Shown: one piece after another, positions 38,275 through 64,000 of the stretch
How the letters are laid out: each line of letters begins with the position of its first letter
Numbering within the stretch: position 1 is the first letter of the stretch
Source of the DNA: the human T2T-CHM13v2.0 reference genome, Homo sapiens
NCBI RefSeq assembly: GCF_009914755.1
Contig: NC_060942.1
Length of the DNA: 64,000 bases
Reading direction: 5' to 3' (one strand)
Made by a program: the position numbers and the translations under genes
Notes under the pieces: model-generated
Databases searched by the model: none
Seen by the model: the letters and a program-made list of their open reading frames with translations, nothing else
Told to the model about the DNA's origin: nothing

Positions 38275-39617
38275 TATCAAGGTTCATCTATAGCAGTATC
38301 AGAATTTTTTTAAAAAAAACTTACAGAGATGAGGTCTTGCTATTTTGCCCAGGCTGATCTGGAATTCCTGGGCTCAAGTGATCTGCCTGCCTCGGCCTCC
38401 CAAAGTGCTGAGATTACAGGGGTAAGTCACTGAGCCTGGCCAGAATTGTTTTTTCTTTATACAGCTGAATAATATTTCATGTATGTGTGTATATCACATT
38501 TTGCTTATCTATTTACCTATTGATGGGCAGTAGGGTTGGTTGTACCTTTTCGCCATTGTGAATAATGTTGCTATGAACATGAGTGTACAAATACCTGTTT
38601 GAGTCCTTGCTCTCAGTTCTTTTGGGTATATACCCTGAAAGGGAGTTGTTGGATTATGTGATAATTCTATGCTTAATATTTTAAGGAGCTGCCAAACCAT
38701 TTTCCACAGGGGCTGCACCAGTTACATTCCAAAAAGCAGTGTATAAAGGGTCCAGTTTTTCGATATCTTTGCTGACATTTAATATTTTCTGTTTATGTGT
38801 TGAATATTTAAAGTGTTTGAAATTCATTTGAGGGTCTTTGTTATTACCAAAATATTATAAAAAGTTTTTCAAATAGAGCAATATGCTGTAATATAAATCA
38901 TCTTATTTGTTTCTTGGTGCCCGTGATCTATTTTCACAGTAAGAAGAGAAACTTCTCTCTGCCCATCCTCAGTCCACTGCACCCACCCTTTGCTGTGTCA
39001 GGATGTGCAGGGGAGAGAGGGAGCTTGGCAGCTCTGTCCTGCATTGGTCTGTGGTAGTCCATCACTGGGTTGTAAAGCACCTCTCCTCCTCCTCCTTCTT
39101 GGGAGAAATTTCACTGATTCTGAGTGCCATCTGCATTTATTTTGGGTGTGATATTAACCCAATGTTATTGAAATAACACTAGATAGGAAGTTAGGGGGTA
39201 GATTCTCTATCTGATGAGAGTTTCAGGCAAATCATATACTTAGTTTTTTAGTCTTGTTTTTTCTCTTAGGTAAGAAAACAGTAAATTAGGCAGCCAGTGG
39301 GAGATCCTCAGAGCTCTGAATGTGGATTTGGAACACCACATTTCTACCACTGATTTTCTTATTACTTGTCTTGCACAAAGATCATGGCCCAAGTAACAGT
39401 GTCCACCCTGGCCGTTGAAGATGAGGAGTCCTCAGCAGGATGGTAGTGACATTCCTCATGTCAGCTCTTGAGTCCATGGTGAGACCTTCTATTCTGACAT
39501 TCCATAGTTGGGTAGAACTGGGCTGTAGATAAGGTTGATTTGTTTTTGTAGAAGATATAATTTTATGTCTTTTTAGTTTTAAGGAGTAGTTTTTTTTTCT
39601 TGAATAGCAGTTATGGC
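38275..39617 (+). repeat. Diverged internal duplication, copy B (paralogous to 11175-12880)
   Basis: Colinear with copy A but lacking the 12260-12602 Alu. Confidence 0.93.
39381..39478 (+). pseudogene. GTF2IP: Copy B exon 2 (4-nt deletion, then TAG)
   Basis: ATG at 39384: MAQVTVSTLAVEDEESS then frameshift; 95 versus 99 coding nt; donor gtgaga. Confidence 0.93.
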
Positions 39618-39939
39618 TTTCAAATGACATTTTATTACCATGCTTCAGAATGTTTAATTTTTACTTTGAATCTCAAATAATTTTCTACCATTATTTTAGG
39701 CAATCTTTTGTTTTTGTAAGTGTGAATTTTGAAATTATGTATAATATTTGTGGTTACTCAGAATGAGTTTATATACTAGAGTATGGGGCTGGAGTTTTAT
39801 TGTATCAGTATGTAGAAGATTCCCAGAATTTGGGGTCATGAGGGCATCTTTACTATTGTGTATCTATATTTCTTCTGCTTACACATTCACTATTGCATTA
39901 ACCACCTCTTTCTAAATTGTTTAGTGTTAGCTGTTTATG

Positions 39940-41478
<1,539 letters not shown>

Positions 41479-42050
41479 ATCTGTTTTGTTTTCTTATTAG
41501 GGCATTAAAAAAATGTTTTAAGAACTTTATAAAATTATCTCCTTAAAGAAATTTTAGAATGGTTGGTGGTTATATGTTGTTATTTTATGAATGACTTGTT
41601 TCTGCCTTGTGATCATAAAACCAGGCAAAATTTGTGACTTTAATGTTAAATAAAAATTTAGAGATGAAATGCTGTTCTGTTGATAATAAAATATTTTTTT
41701 TAAATATTGATCTCTGCAAAGAATACCATAAGGCCATGTAAGATCCATTCACTTCCTTAGAGTTTCTTAACAGTTCCCTCATCTTTGGCATAGTCATTTC
41801 ACTATTCTCAGCTTTTATGTCTTCCTTGCCAGCATTATTAGTAAGACCATTTCTCCTCCTATTCCTAGTTGTATATTACACGGTATAATTAAAGTTGTAG
41901 AAACTGCTGAGTTTTTCACTGGCTTGTCAGAGTGCTAAGCAGATCCAAGCTGACTTTATCTCTTCCTTGGCTGGTAGACTTGTTTTATCTAATCTATGGA
42001 TAGTACATGAATCTTGCTTACTCTTTCATAAACATTGCCTTTGTTGACAG

Positions 42051-42104
42051 GATTGTTTTAGAGTGTGGATACTGAAGCAAGAATGTACCCTCATTTACCA
42101 CAAG
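42051..42104 (+). other. Candidate cryptic 54-nt cassette exon
   Basis: cattgcctttgttgacAG|...AAG|GTAAGT; open in phase 0 (DCFRVWILKQECTLIYHK). Confidence 0.45.
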
Positions 42105-43516
42105 GTAAGTAAATAATAGTTCCTTACAGGAGAGTAGCCACAGCACATGTCATGTAAGTGCAACGGAAGGAAATTACTGAGGCTCATCATTCTTCACGCT
42201 GGGGCAGTTGTTGGCCCACCTCCAAGTCAGAAGTTCTCTACCATGGCTTTATTATAGCTCAAAAGATTTCTGATCACCTCACTAGCTGCTAAATTAGTTA
42301 CTGAGGATAACATTTTAAAGCAATATTATGCTGAAATAATCTCCATTTAAGAAATTAGAGGGCATTTATTGTACAAATCAAAAACAAATACTGGAAAGCT
42401 TACAGTTTTCAACAAATGATACTGAGAAAATAGGCTATTTGGTAAAAAGTAAAAATTGTGGTAAAAACAAGCTTCAATGTATAGTCTTCATCATGTGATG
42501 AGTTAAATTCTAGATGAGCAAAAATAGTTATACTGAGACAAATTTTAAAACCAAAACAAAATATATGTAATTATTGTATAATTATTTAATTCCATAAATG
42601 GCCTTTCTATGCCTAAAATAAGTGATGTACCTCTATGGGTCAGTTGGAGATACACTAACACATTTGATAAATAGACAAAAGAAATGGTAATTTGCAGAAA
42701 ATTATGCTACGATACTCTTTAATTTTAACACCAATCAGTGGAGTATGTTTATGACACTAAGATACCCTTTTTCAAGGTTTCTGGAAAAGTCACATGGTAA
42801 CATTTGCTAGGATATTATGAACCTTATTAGAAAGCAAATTTTAGTAGATTTTGAGTATTTGGAGTATTGACTCTTAATGGTTGTTTTTCTTGACTCTCAT
42901 GTCTTTTTTGAGAAAGTCACTGAAGATGTACATAAATATTTGCTTCCCAGGTTATTACAGTAGTGTTATTTTTAGGAGGGAAAATTGGAATCACTGACCT
43001 TTGAAATGATGCTAGCACTAAAGGAATTATGGTGTATCCATAAAATGGAATACTATGTACTCTATAACATTTTTAAATAATTTGACTCTCATAGAAATAT
43101 TCTTAGTGAAAGTCAGTAAGTAATCACCTAAATGTGATTCTGGCTATGTGTAGATGGGGTAATACTTCTGGAGGAGGGGATTATGTACTGAATACTGTAG
43201 TGTGGGTTTCAGTCCCTTCTTTCAATTCTGATGGCACTAATTTCCCCAGCTGCTGCGAGTGTTCGAGTCACCTTGTCCACCTTTTCCCTGGGGAGGGCCA
43301 CACTGGCTTCTGAGCTCTTGGTGCAGCTGCATCCCTGTTCAGCACTTTGCCTGTTCAGCCATGCCTGCCTCCCTCCTCCTGGGTGCTGTTATTGGCAGTG
43401 CTCCCCAGCAAGCCTGTGTGAAATCTCAGTCTCTTTCTTGGAGTATCTGACCTGTAATAGATTACAAGGGATTTCTGCATTTTTTTCTTACAAATCTTGT
43501 GGTGTCTTTTGCTTAA

Positions 43517-43957
<441 letters not shown>

Positions 43958-43981
43958 TAATATTTGCTGTTCTTATTATAC

Positions 43982-44124
43982 TTTAAAGAACTGGCCAAGT
44001 TTAAGGCCAAAGTGGCCTGCATCACAGAGTATAAAGCAGATCTCTTTGCCTTCAGAACTGAAGGACAGAGGACACAATTTTTTCAATACCAGAAAGGATT
44101 TTCAAGCCGATTTTGTGAAATATT
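43982..44124 (+). pseudogene. GTF2IP: Copy B exon 3 (acceptor AG>AC, +4-nt ggac insertion)
   Basis: FKELAKFKAKVACITEYKADLFAFRTE/RGHNFFNTRKDFQADFVKY versus [46 protein letters not shown]; donor gtaagc. Confidence 0.92.
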
Positions 44125-44239
44125 GTAAGCATTGTATTGTTATCATTTTTATTTCATTGTTTTTAAACCTAAATATTTATAGATAACACTAGTCATATTT
44201 GCTTCTAAAGCAGAATGAGGTTTAAACTATAAAAAAAAT

Positions 44240-44534
<295 letters not shown>

Positions 44535-45096
44535 TGAATGATTTTCTGAAATGTTTATGAAGACATTTCAAAATGCTTAAAAGGAATCACTGAAGTGGTG
44601 ATATGTCAGGGTAGATACTGAAGAGTTAAGAACAATGGCAAGTGTTGATTGTACGGGGCTCCTTGCTTGGCTTCACTCTGGATTAATGAGATGCATTAGA
44701 AGATAATGAAGGGAGAGAAATTTTGAATACATTAAACGTTCATACTCAGATATGGAGTTCTAGATAAAGGTGGTGAACTGAAAACAAGAAATTCACTGTG
44801 CAAAGGAGTTTGTTTAAGCATGATGCAGAATTAAACAGTTCTCAATTTGCTAAGTGGAATCACCTTATCTGAATCTTCAGTGGGTTTTGTAATCCTCGTT
44901 TAGAGCAATGAGCTTATTTGACATTGGAACACAGTATTAAAATTTACTATAGGGTGTTAATACTTATGGCCTTTCACAGTATGACAGTTTTCATATCTGT
45001 GTGTAACCTAACACTGTCGATAGGTTTCATGTTAACTGAGTGAAACACTGAAAGGGAACAAAAAAAGGCAGGGCGTCTATAGGCACAGAATACATA

Positions 45097-48130
<3,034 letters not shown>

Positions 48131-48769
48131 TATGCCACTAAGCTTTAAACTTAAATTTGCGTTGTCAGATTAGATTCAATTCATGATAAATTGAGCACAT
48201 TACTAGTGAATTAAAAATTTTGCTAATTCACTAATTCCTATTCCCAGTAGTATTTTTAGTTTCTTAAAAAAACTATCCTCGCCACTGTATCCCTCCCCTC
48301 ACCACCTGTGTTATAATCTTCCAAGCTTTATGGTAGTAACCTATTTTTTAAATTTTGCCAATATTTTAGTTTTGAGAAATGTTAAGTCCTTGATTGTGTG
48401 TTTCTTTATACTAATAATGCTGTTTTGATTGTGTGTATCACCTGCCCTCTGACCCACAAATACCACAATCTCGCGGGCAGCTGTGTTTATTCTCCCCTCC
48501 CTGTGCTCCGTGGCTTACATGGTTCTCCACTGATTCGAACTAAGCCTTAGGGGAGTTGTCCTCATTGCGAGTTGTAGTCCGCACCTATTGGTATTTATAG
48601 TTTGTTTACATTGCTACTAATTTGATACCATGGAGAATGGTTTTTGTACCTAATTCTCAAGTACCTTTTATTTGTTTGCAATAGTGTTCTTCTGAAACAT
48701 AATCAATAGTTTCATGAGGAAGTTGTAGAAATTCTTCAGGAGAATTCTGAGCCCTTTTCTAGGATTTAG

Positions 48770-49065
48770 TGAAGTGCTATTACATAGAACTAAATATAAT
48801 GCGAGTCATTCACATGATTTAAAACTTTCTAGTTATAACATTAAAAATACAGGGAAACAAGTGAAAATCATTTAGTGGTAATACTTTAAAATATTTCAAT
48901 GTGTGATCAATATAGAAATTATTAATGGGATATTTGGAATACTTTTTGTGCTGAGTTTTCAAAAGTCAATGTGTATTGTTCACCTACAGCACATCTGAAT
49001 TTGGACTGGCCACATTTCAAGTGTTACATGTGTCTAGTGGTTATTGTGCTGGACTTTGTAAGCCT
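48770..49065. mobile_element. MER33-like hAT MITE
   Basis: acagcacatctgaatttggactggccacatttcaagtg...tagtggttattgtgctggac. Confidence 0.72.
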
Positions 49066-49174
49066 AGAATTTGTTTCCTGATGATAATCTTCCCATATTT
49101 AAATTTATAGCCAATAAATTACTCTTATTTTACGTTTGTATTTTAAAAGCTCCCTTTAAGATCTTCCCCTTGCC

Positions 49175-49465
49175 TTTTTTTTTTTAAACACAGGGTCTCT
49201 TTTTGTGACCCAGACTGGTATGTAGTGGTAAAATTATAGCTCATCGTAACCTTAAATTCCTGGACTCAAGCAATCCTCTTGCTTCAGCCTCCAAAGTAGC
49301 TAGGACTACAGATATGCACCACCACACTTAATTTTATTAATCTTTTTTTATAGGGATAGGTTGTTTCTATGTTGCTCAAGCTGGTCTTGAAATCCTGGGC
49401 TCAAGCAATTCTGCCTCAGCCTCCCAAGGTGGTGGGATTATAAGTGTGAGCCACTTCACTTGACC
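49175..49465 (-). mobile_element. AluJ
   Basis: Diverged dimer. Confidence 0.85.
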
Positions 49466-49564
49466 TATTTTTTGTTTGTATAACAGATCATAAATATTGG
49501 AATATAGGAAAAACTATTTTTACTAAAAGCCAAATAAATATTAAGAAAATAGATATGCACCTGA

Positions 49565-49750
<186 letters not shown>

Positions 49751-50140
49751 TGATATAATAGAGTTTTTAAAGGGTAGACTATGTTATGTCATTGACTTAA
49801 CAATCATATAACAACATTTTCACAAGCTGAATGGATGAGGAATAACCTTACTTTCCACTTCCTTTTAGGAGGAACCCAAGAAATACGCCAGGGTAGGACC
49901 ATCTTAAAGACAATAATGCAAGAAATCAGACATCTCTCTCTCTTTTTGTGTAGTTTTTAAAGTCAGATATTTAATATACTTTACATTTTGGCCCTTTGGA
50001 TCGGTGTCAGGTTTAGAACTTCTTACATGTGAATAGGGTGCTGTAGTGTTAAGTAATTTTAAAACCACATGTTACAAAAGATCACGTATGCCTTTATTAA
50101 GCCACAATAAGGTAGTGATGATTTTGTTTTTTAATCTTAA

Positions 50141-50362
<222 letters not shown>

Positions 50363-50532
50363 TGAGGTGCTTTCTCCCTTCGTGCCCATCAATGGTTTAT
50401 TCATATAAATTTGAATATTCAGCTTATGTTAATATAGTTTAAAAATTCTTGGTTAAGACAATTCATTTAAATTCATGCTGTCATTAATTTTATGTATTCA
50501 TGTGTAGTTTTATTAGATTTGTTTTATTGCAG

Positions 50533-50561
50533 ATCTTTCTTAGAGCCAAAGAAGCATCTAG
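50533..50561 (+). pseudogene. GTF2IP: Copy B exon 6 (29 nt, donor GT>AT)
   Basis: ttgcag|a tct ttc tta gag cca aag aag cat cta g = SFLEPKKHL versus PFLEPKKHV. Confidence 0.85.
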
Positions 50562-51329
50562 ATTAGTGATTGCTTTGCTTCCTTGATAGCTGGCTGGCTT
50601 CCTAATCCCCTTTTGCTAGATTTAAATACACTTTAATGGTTTCTCTTTTATTTTCTTTGAGAATATGATGTAAGACATTTTCCTATGGGCTGCTTAGATA
50701 TTTATATAATCCAAGAAAAGTTCATTGAGCTGAAAAAGTAGAGACTTGTTTTTTGTTTTCAGATCAGCTACTTGTTTTCTACATAAGATCATAGATCTGC
50801 GCCCACTTCCAAGCATCATGAGTAGGATTAATGACCTAATGTCACTGAATAGGCATGGCATTTTTGGGCACAGCTTTGGGTGGGGAGGGGATGCACAGCT
50901 GTGTATAAGCATTATGGCTTTGGAGGGCTCGGAGTCTCGTGGAAGGGAGAAAAGTTTGTAAAATGGCCATGGCAAGAGCCTCACATCCCTGCTGTAAGAC
51001 TGGTTCAGAGAAAGTGCTGCGAATGTTCATTAGGGGTTGGATTCCTATAGTTCAGGAAGAATTTCATGAGGAAGAGGGCATTTACATGAGCCCTTGGGGA
51101 ATGAGAAGGATTTCAGCTTCCTTTAGGGAAGTTTAGCCATTTCATTTGAAGAGAAAAAATGATAGAGTGGTACCTTTTGGAGTCAATTTTTTTTAGACTT
51201 TTGAAATAACAAATATCATTGGAATACTCTTCACAATGTAAGGATAAAAGGGAAAATAATATGTACATAAACACACACATTTTGTTTTCTGTTAACCTTT
51301 GTTTTATTCTCATTGTGGTGAAAAGGTTA

Positions 51330-53640
<2,311 letters not shown>

Positions 53641-53874
53641 TTATATGTTCCTTTAAGCTATATAACCTGTCTTTAGGTTATATGTGGGGTCCAAAAATTT
53701 TAATCATATGAAACACAATTTTACATTGTTGAAAAATAGTCAATGTCTCTGGGCTTAACCTCTTGCAGAGGGTGGGAGCCAGTTGTCAGTTGCATTATAT
53801 CTGAATTCTCACTGTTGCAGATCCTGCCATTGTGGGGCTTTTAACTATGCTTTCACATGAGTTCAAAAAATATC

Positions 53875-57846
<3,972 letters not shown>

Positions 57847-58457
57847 TACATATTCAATAACAAAGATTTCATTTGCCTATTTTGACCTTCAAATGAGAGG
57901 AATTACCCAATATGCACTCTTCTGTATCTGGCCACAAAGGTGGCTTCAAATTACCTGTCCTAATTGTGGGCAAACCTTTATGCAGAAAGGTGTGCTTTGT
58001 CCTCTTGTCAATAGAAGAGATTTATGAGGAGGAAAAAAAAATCAATGTATCTCATTATTGAAATTGCCAAAAATTATACCATCTCTACTCTGGAATATTG
58101 AGTTATTAAAAACTGATGTATATAACAGTGGTTTATAATAGTAGTTTTAATATTCAGTGAACATGGATTGTGACTAAATGTTCTTTAATTCTAAAGATAA
58201 GAATTTGCTGGAGAAAAAAATTGGCAGCAAATAATTGCAGAATATTAGTAAATGGTTAAAACTTTGTCTTGGTTGGGACTATAGGTGATTCCTACACTCT
58301 GCTACCTGGTGAACTTTTGTCCTTTCAAAGACTTTTAAAGTCTTTATTTAAAATGGGTATTCATTGCTGTATTTATAGGGAGCATGGAGAGGATTTCCCT
58401 ACACAGTTTAGCTGAAAGCCCTGACATGCAATCATATAATTTCATTTGCTTTTATAG

Positions 58458-58534
58458 TCATTTCCCTGGAAGTGGCAGCTGTGACAGTAAAGGAAGAATC
58501 AGAAGATCCTGATTATGATTATATCACATTCAAG
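58458..58534 (+). pseudogene. GTF2IP: Copy B exon-9-like segment (1-nt deletion; splice sites intact)
   Basis: tttatag|..[20 protein letters not shown]/YHIQ|gtaata versus [25 protein letters not shown]. Confidence 0.93.
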
Positions 58535-58844
58535 GTAATAAGGGTGAATGCAATTTTTTAATAAAAAAAATTTGTGGTTAAAATTAAAGTTTATCAGTTG
58601 CTTTAACTTCTTAAATAGTATTTTATTGATTAGTTCTTGATGGACATCTATATTTGTAAATAAGTCACTGGGATAAAACATTTTAAAAATGTGGATATAA
58701 GGTCAACTCACACAATTCAGGGGATATGTAAAATAGTCATTCATGTTTGTAAAAGTATAAGCACAAGTTGTGGCACAATTTAGAATTCAATCCCAGTTTC
58801 TAGTGTTGCAAAATAAACCTATTAGGCAAATGCAGATATAGTCA

Positions 58845-60087
58845 GCTTAATTTTTTATCTATGTGTAATTGTAATAAATTAAACATTTGAAGTATAAAAT
58901 CCAGTTTTGACATGTACATACCTAATAAACCATCTTCATTGCAACCGAGATAATGAAATATCCATACCCCTGAAAGTTTTCTCATGTCGCTTTGTAATTC
59001 ATGACCCTGCCCAGTATTCAGGCAACATGCTGATTTTCCATTTTAGCTTAATTTGCATTTTCTAGAAAGTCATATATATGATATCATATGATATGATTAA
59101 ATGTGGACTATTTTCATGGGGTAGGGACTATTGTGACTTCTTTACTTCACATGATTGTTTTGAAATTCATCCACAATGTTGCATGTATCAGTAGGAGATT
59201 CTATTTTGTTGTTGATTAATACGCTGTTGTATACATGGGTCAAAATTCGCTCATTCCTTTGTTTGTTGATAGCCATTTGGGTTCTTCCAGTTTGGGGTTG
59301 GGGCTACTGCAGGTAGAGCTACTATGAATGTTTGTGTACAAGTTTTTGTGTGGACATAGGCCTTCATTTCTCTTGAGTAGATATCTGGGAATGGAATAGC
59401 TGGGATCTATAACTTTTGAAGGAAATGCCAAACTGTTTTCCAAGGCACCTGCATTATTTTACATCTCCATCAGCAGGGTATGAGAGTTTTGGTTGACATT
59501 CTTGTGAATACTTGTATGGTCAATCTTATTTTTACCCTCTTAAGTTGATATGCAGTGGTTCCTCATTGTGGTTTTAATTTGCAATTGCCTAACAGGTTTA
59601 TTTTCTCTCAGAGGATAGCTTTATCAGGTCTAGAGAACTCTGAAAGTGTTTTGAGTAAACCTTCTGGCTCGTAATTATGTGAATATGTGTATACACATGT
59701 TAGGCCGTGTCCAAGTGAATTGCATGTTTTTAGCAGTCAGTTTTCAGTAATTGTCTGCTTGTGACATTAGGAATTAGTTACATTCTTTTTTTTTAGTAAG
59801 TTGGTAAAATATGCCAGTGAAACCATCTGGGCCTTGAGGTTTCTCTGATAGAAAGTTTCCTAACTCCCTTTGTTACAAAAATTACCCTCATCTGGGTTTG
59901 CACCCTGTTGTCCCAGCCACTCTCAAACCTGAGGTGGGAGAATCACTTGAGCCTGGGAGTTCTAGGCCAACCTGGGCAACATAGTGAGATTCCATCTCTT
60001 GGGAGGCTGAGGTGGGTGGATCATCTGAGGTCAGGAGTTAAGACCAGCCTGGCCAACATGGTGAAACCCCGTCTCTACTAAAAATGC

Positions 60088-60118
<31 letters not shown>

Positions 60119-60280
60119 AACAAAAAAAACCCAGCGTGGTGGCAGACACCTGTAATCCCAGCTACTCGGGAGACTGAGGCAGGAGAATCACTTGAACCTG
60201 GGAGGCGGAGGTTACAGTGAGCCAAGATCTTGTCATGTCACTCCAGCCCAGGCAACAAGAGCAAAACTGTCTTAAAAAAA
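58845..60280. mobile_element. L1MC/MD 3' fragment (about 58845-59590, -) and FLAM plus AluS (about 59890-60280, +)
   Basis: L1 ORF2 terminal remnant (CPHKNLYTNIHSS); Alu consensus with (CAAAA)n linker. Confidence 0.75.
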
Positions 60281-60712
60281 TGCTTTTAATCGATACAGGG
60301 CTATCAGTTTTCTCTTCTGTGAATCTTGTAATGAATCTCAAAATGGATATACAACACATTTTCCTATTTAAGGTAAAGTACACATTTATACCTTAGAATA
60401 GTCAGAAGTCAGGTTCTTATTGTATAATTAGTAATGAAAATATTGATAAGGTCATGTTCATACTTAGTACTGATAAGAATTCTGAAATATTCATTTGTTC
60501 ATCTGTAAGTTTTATGAATTGATTACCTTTTTTGGAATTTTTCATAGTGTTCCCAAACTTGATACTCATAGGCTATTTGTAACAGGTTTTACTTTGATCT
60601 ACTCTGGTTTTTAGCACATGAAATGGATTTTCTTTAGGTCTAGCATATAACATACATTCAATTGTTTCAGATTTTAAAACAACAAAAAGGACCTATAGAA
60701 TCATTGCTTAAT

Positions 60713-61090
60713 TTGAAACTAGCCCGGTCGTCCCATAGACGATAAACGTAGAAATTTAACCCTGCTGTTAAAGCTTGAAACTATACTTATCTGCCTTCCC
60801 TCCTCAAAAAAAGATCTTCAGAAAGTATCAAAGATCTGAAATTCACCATATCACAGTACCCAGATGCTTCCTTGCTCCTCCCTAATTCCTGTTTTCTTAT
60901 ACACTGTTGCATTTCTTCCTGCCAAATAGACTCCTAGTTTTAGTCAGTGAAGGAGATGGATTTGAGACTGAGCTTCCCTCTCCTTGGCTGCAGCACCGGG
61001 TTACAGCCTTCTTCCTTAGCAATACTTGTCATTGGGTTTCTGTGCAGTGAGCAGCAGGACCTAGACCAAACCTCTTTTGTTTCAGTAACA
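60713..61090 (+). mobile_element. LTR47-like solo LTR
   Basis: tgaaactagccc..tgtcccataga...ggagatggatttgagactga..ctccttggctgcagcacc...cagcaggacctagaccaaacc...ttcagtaaca. Confidence 0.72.
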
Positions 61091-61282
61091 ACATGAACAA
61101 CCATCTTAACTGTCCTTCGTTACTGAAAAATTTTACTTTTTAACTCCTGGCCCATTTTTCACTGTCTCTCCTTTCTTTGACCTCACATCTCTTTTTGCTT
61201 TCTGATTTTACAGTCAAGAACTTAATGCTCCATAAATTCAAATTTTAAGGTTAAAAAAAGAGGAATAACTAATTTACACTCC

Positions 61283-61640
61283 CAGAAAATGTGGCACATA
61301 TACACCATGGAATACTATGCAGCCATAAAAAGGATGAGTTCATGTCCTTTGCAGGATGAAGCTGGAAACCATCATTCTCAGCAAATTAACACAAGAACAG
61401 GAAACCAAACGCTGCATGTTCTCACACATAGGTGGGAGTTGAACAATGAGAACACATGGACACAGGGAGGGAAACATCACACACTGGGGCCTGTGTGAGG
61501 TGGGAGGCTACGGGAGGGATAACATTAGGAGAAATACCTAATGTAGATGACAGGTTGATGGGTGCAGCAAACCACCATGGCACGTGTATACCTGTGTAAG
61601 AAACGTGCATGTTCTGCACGTGTATCCCTTAAAAAAAAAA
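61283..61640 (+). mobile_element. L1PA (about PA7) 3' fragment with poly-A
   Basis: gaaaatgtggcacatatacaccatggaatactatgcagcc...gttgatgggtgcagcaaaccaccatggcacg. Confidence 0.92.
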
Positions 61641-62539
61641 TCTCCTAACTCAGAGGATTGCTTTGAGGATTAAATAAGATAATGCACATAAAAAAGGGAA
61701 AGAAAGTGTGTGTAGAGAAAGTGTATTTTTTATTGAATTAAAGGTTGATTCATAGGTATAGGTTTATAGATTTACCTAGAGTTTTGAGTTCATGTGCATT
61801 TTTACAATATAAGTGGAAAAGAATCTGAAGGTTATTGTGACATGATAAAGCTGGATATTGAAAACCAAAAAGATTTGGCCTCAGTATGGCACTAGTCGCT
61901 GAATGACAGTTTTTCAGACTGTAATCGTTGCTCTTTAAAAATTAAGAGAAAATATAACATTTGTATTACTTTTATTACAATTTCTGAATTTAGTTATCAG
62001 TAGATAAGACAAAATAGATAAGCATCTGCTTCCCTTCCCCCTAAGTGATGCATTCTTACTCAGATCTAATGTATGTTTATTCATACCTGAAGGCAGTGTT
62101 TTTCAATCTTTTCCATGTTCGTAGCTCAGGTCTTTAAGGACAGAGGATGCATATTGGGGGCAGCTTGCGTTCTTAATCCTAAGTGGCTCTCTGATGTCTT
62201 AGGTTCTTTCTTTCCTATTTGTGAGGATTAAGGAGATAATGTATGCAAAAGGCATGTTACTATTATTATTGGTTGTATTAATAATCTGCTTTCTAATGTG
62301 AAAATCTCCTTTGTATTAAATAACCCTGGCAGATGATCCTTGACCCTTATGTAGAAAAGTACCCATTGTCTAGTGAAAAAATTTACTGCCCGTTCCTAGC
62401 TGTGAGACTTTGAGAAAGATACTTGGCCTTGAATGACTCACAGACTTTCATGAAGCTTAGTCAGATAATGGCTATAATGTATCCAGCACAGCATTTGATA
62501 GGTAATATATACCATTCCATTTCTCTTTGGTTTTTAGAA

Positions 62540-64000
<1,461 letters not shown>

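Overview
Primate (human-like) genomic DNA, not microbial. It holds no intact protein-coding gene, RNA gene or CRISPR array, and nearly all ORFs in the supplied track are Alu or L1 translations. The window reads as a segmental-duplication mosaic. (1) About 1-9.64 kb is AT-rich and Alu-poor, with a solo LTR6 and older MaLR, ERVL and MER repeats. (2) About 9.64-12.88 kb is a rearranged, intron-containing GTF2I (TFII-I) fragment in which an exon-11-like segment precedes an intact exon-2-like segment. (3) About 12.9-38.27 kb is repeat-dense and contains an Alu-disrupted V1R vomeronasal receptor pseudogene and a nested L1 complex. (4) About 38.27-64 kb is a second unprocessed GTF2I pseudogene (exon 2-6 and 9 homologues, with frameshifts and dead splice sites) carrying a near-full-length Tigger1. 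The most notable observations are the scrambled exon order with junctions visible at base level, a perfect-consensus in-frame 54-nt cryptic cassette exon, two templated-insertion scars inside L1s, and a 280-bp monomer array in an old L1 5'UTR. I did not find a convincing new biological system. Family assignments and GTF2I exon numbers come from recalled sequences, not from a database search.
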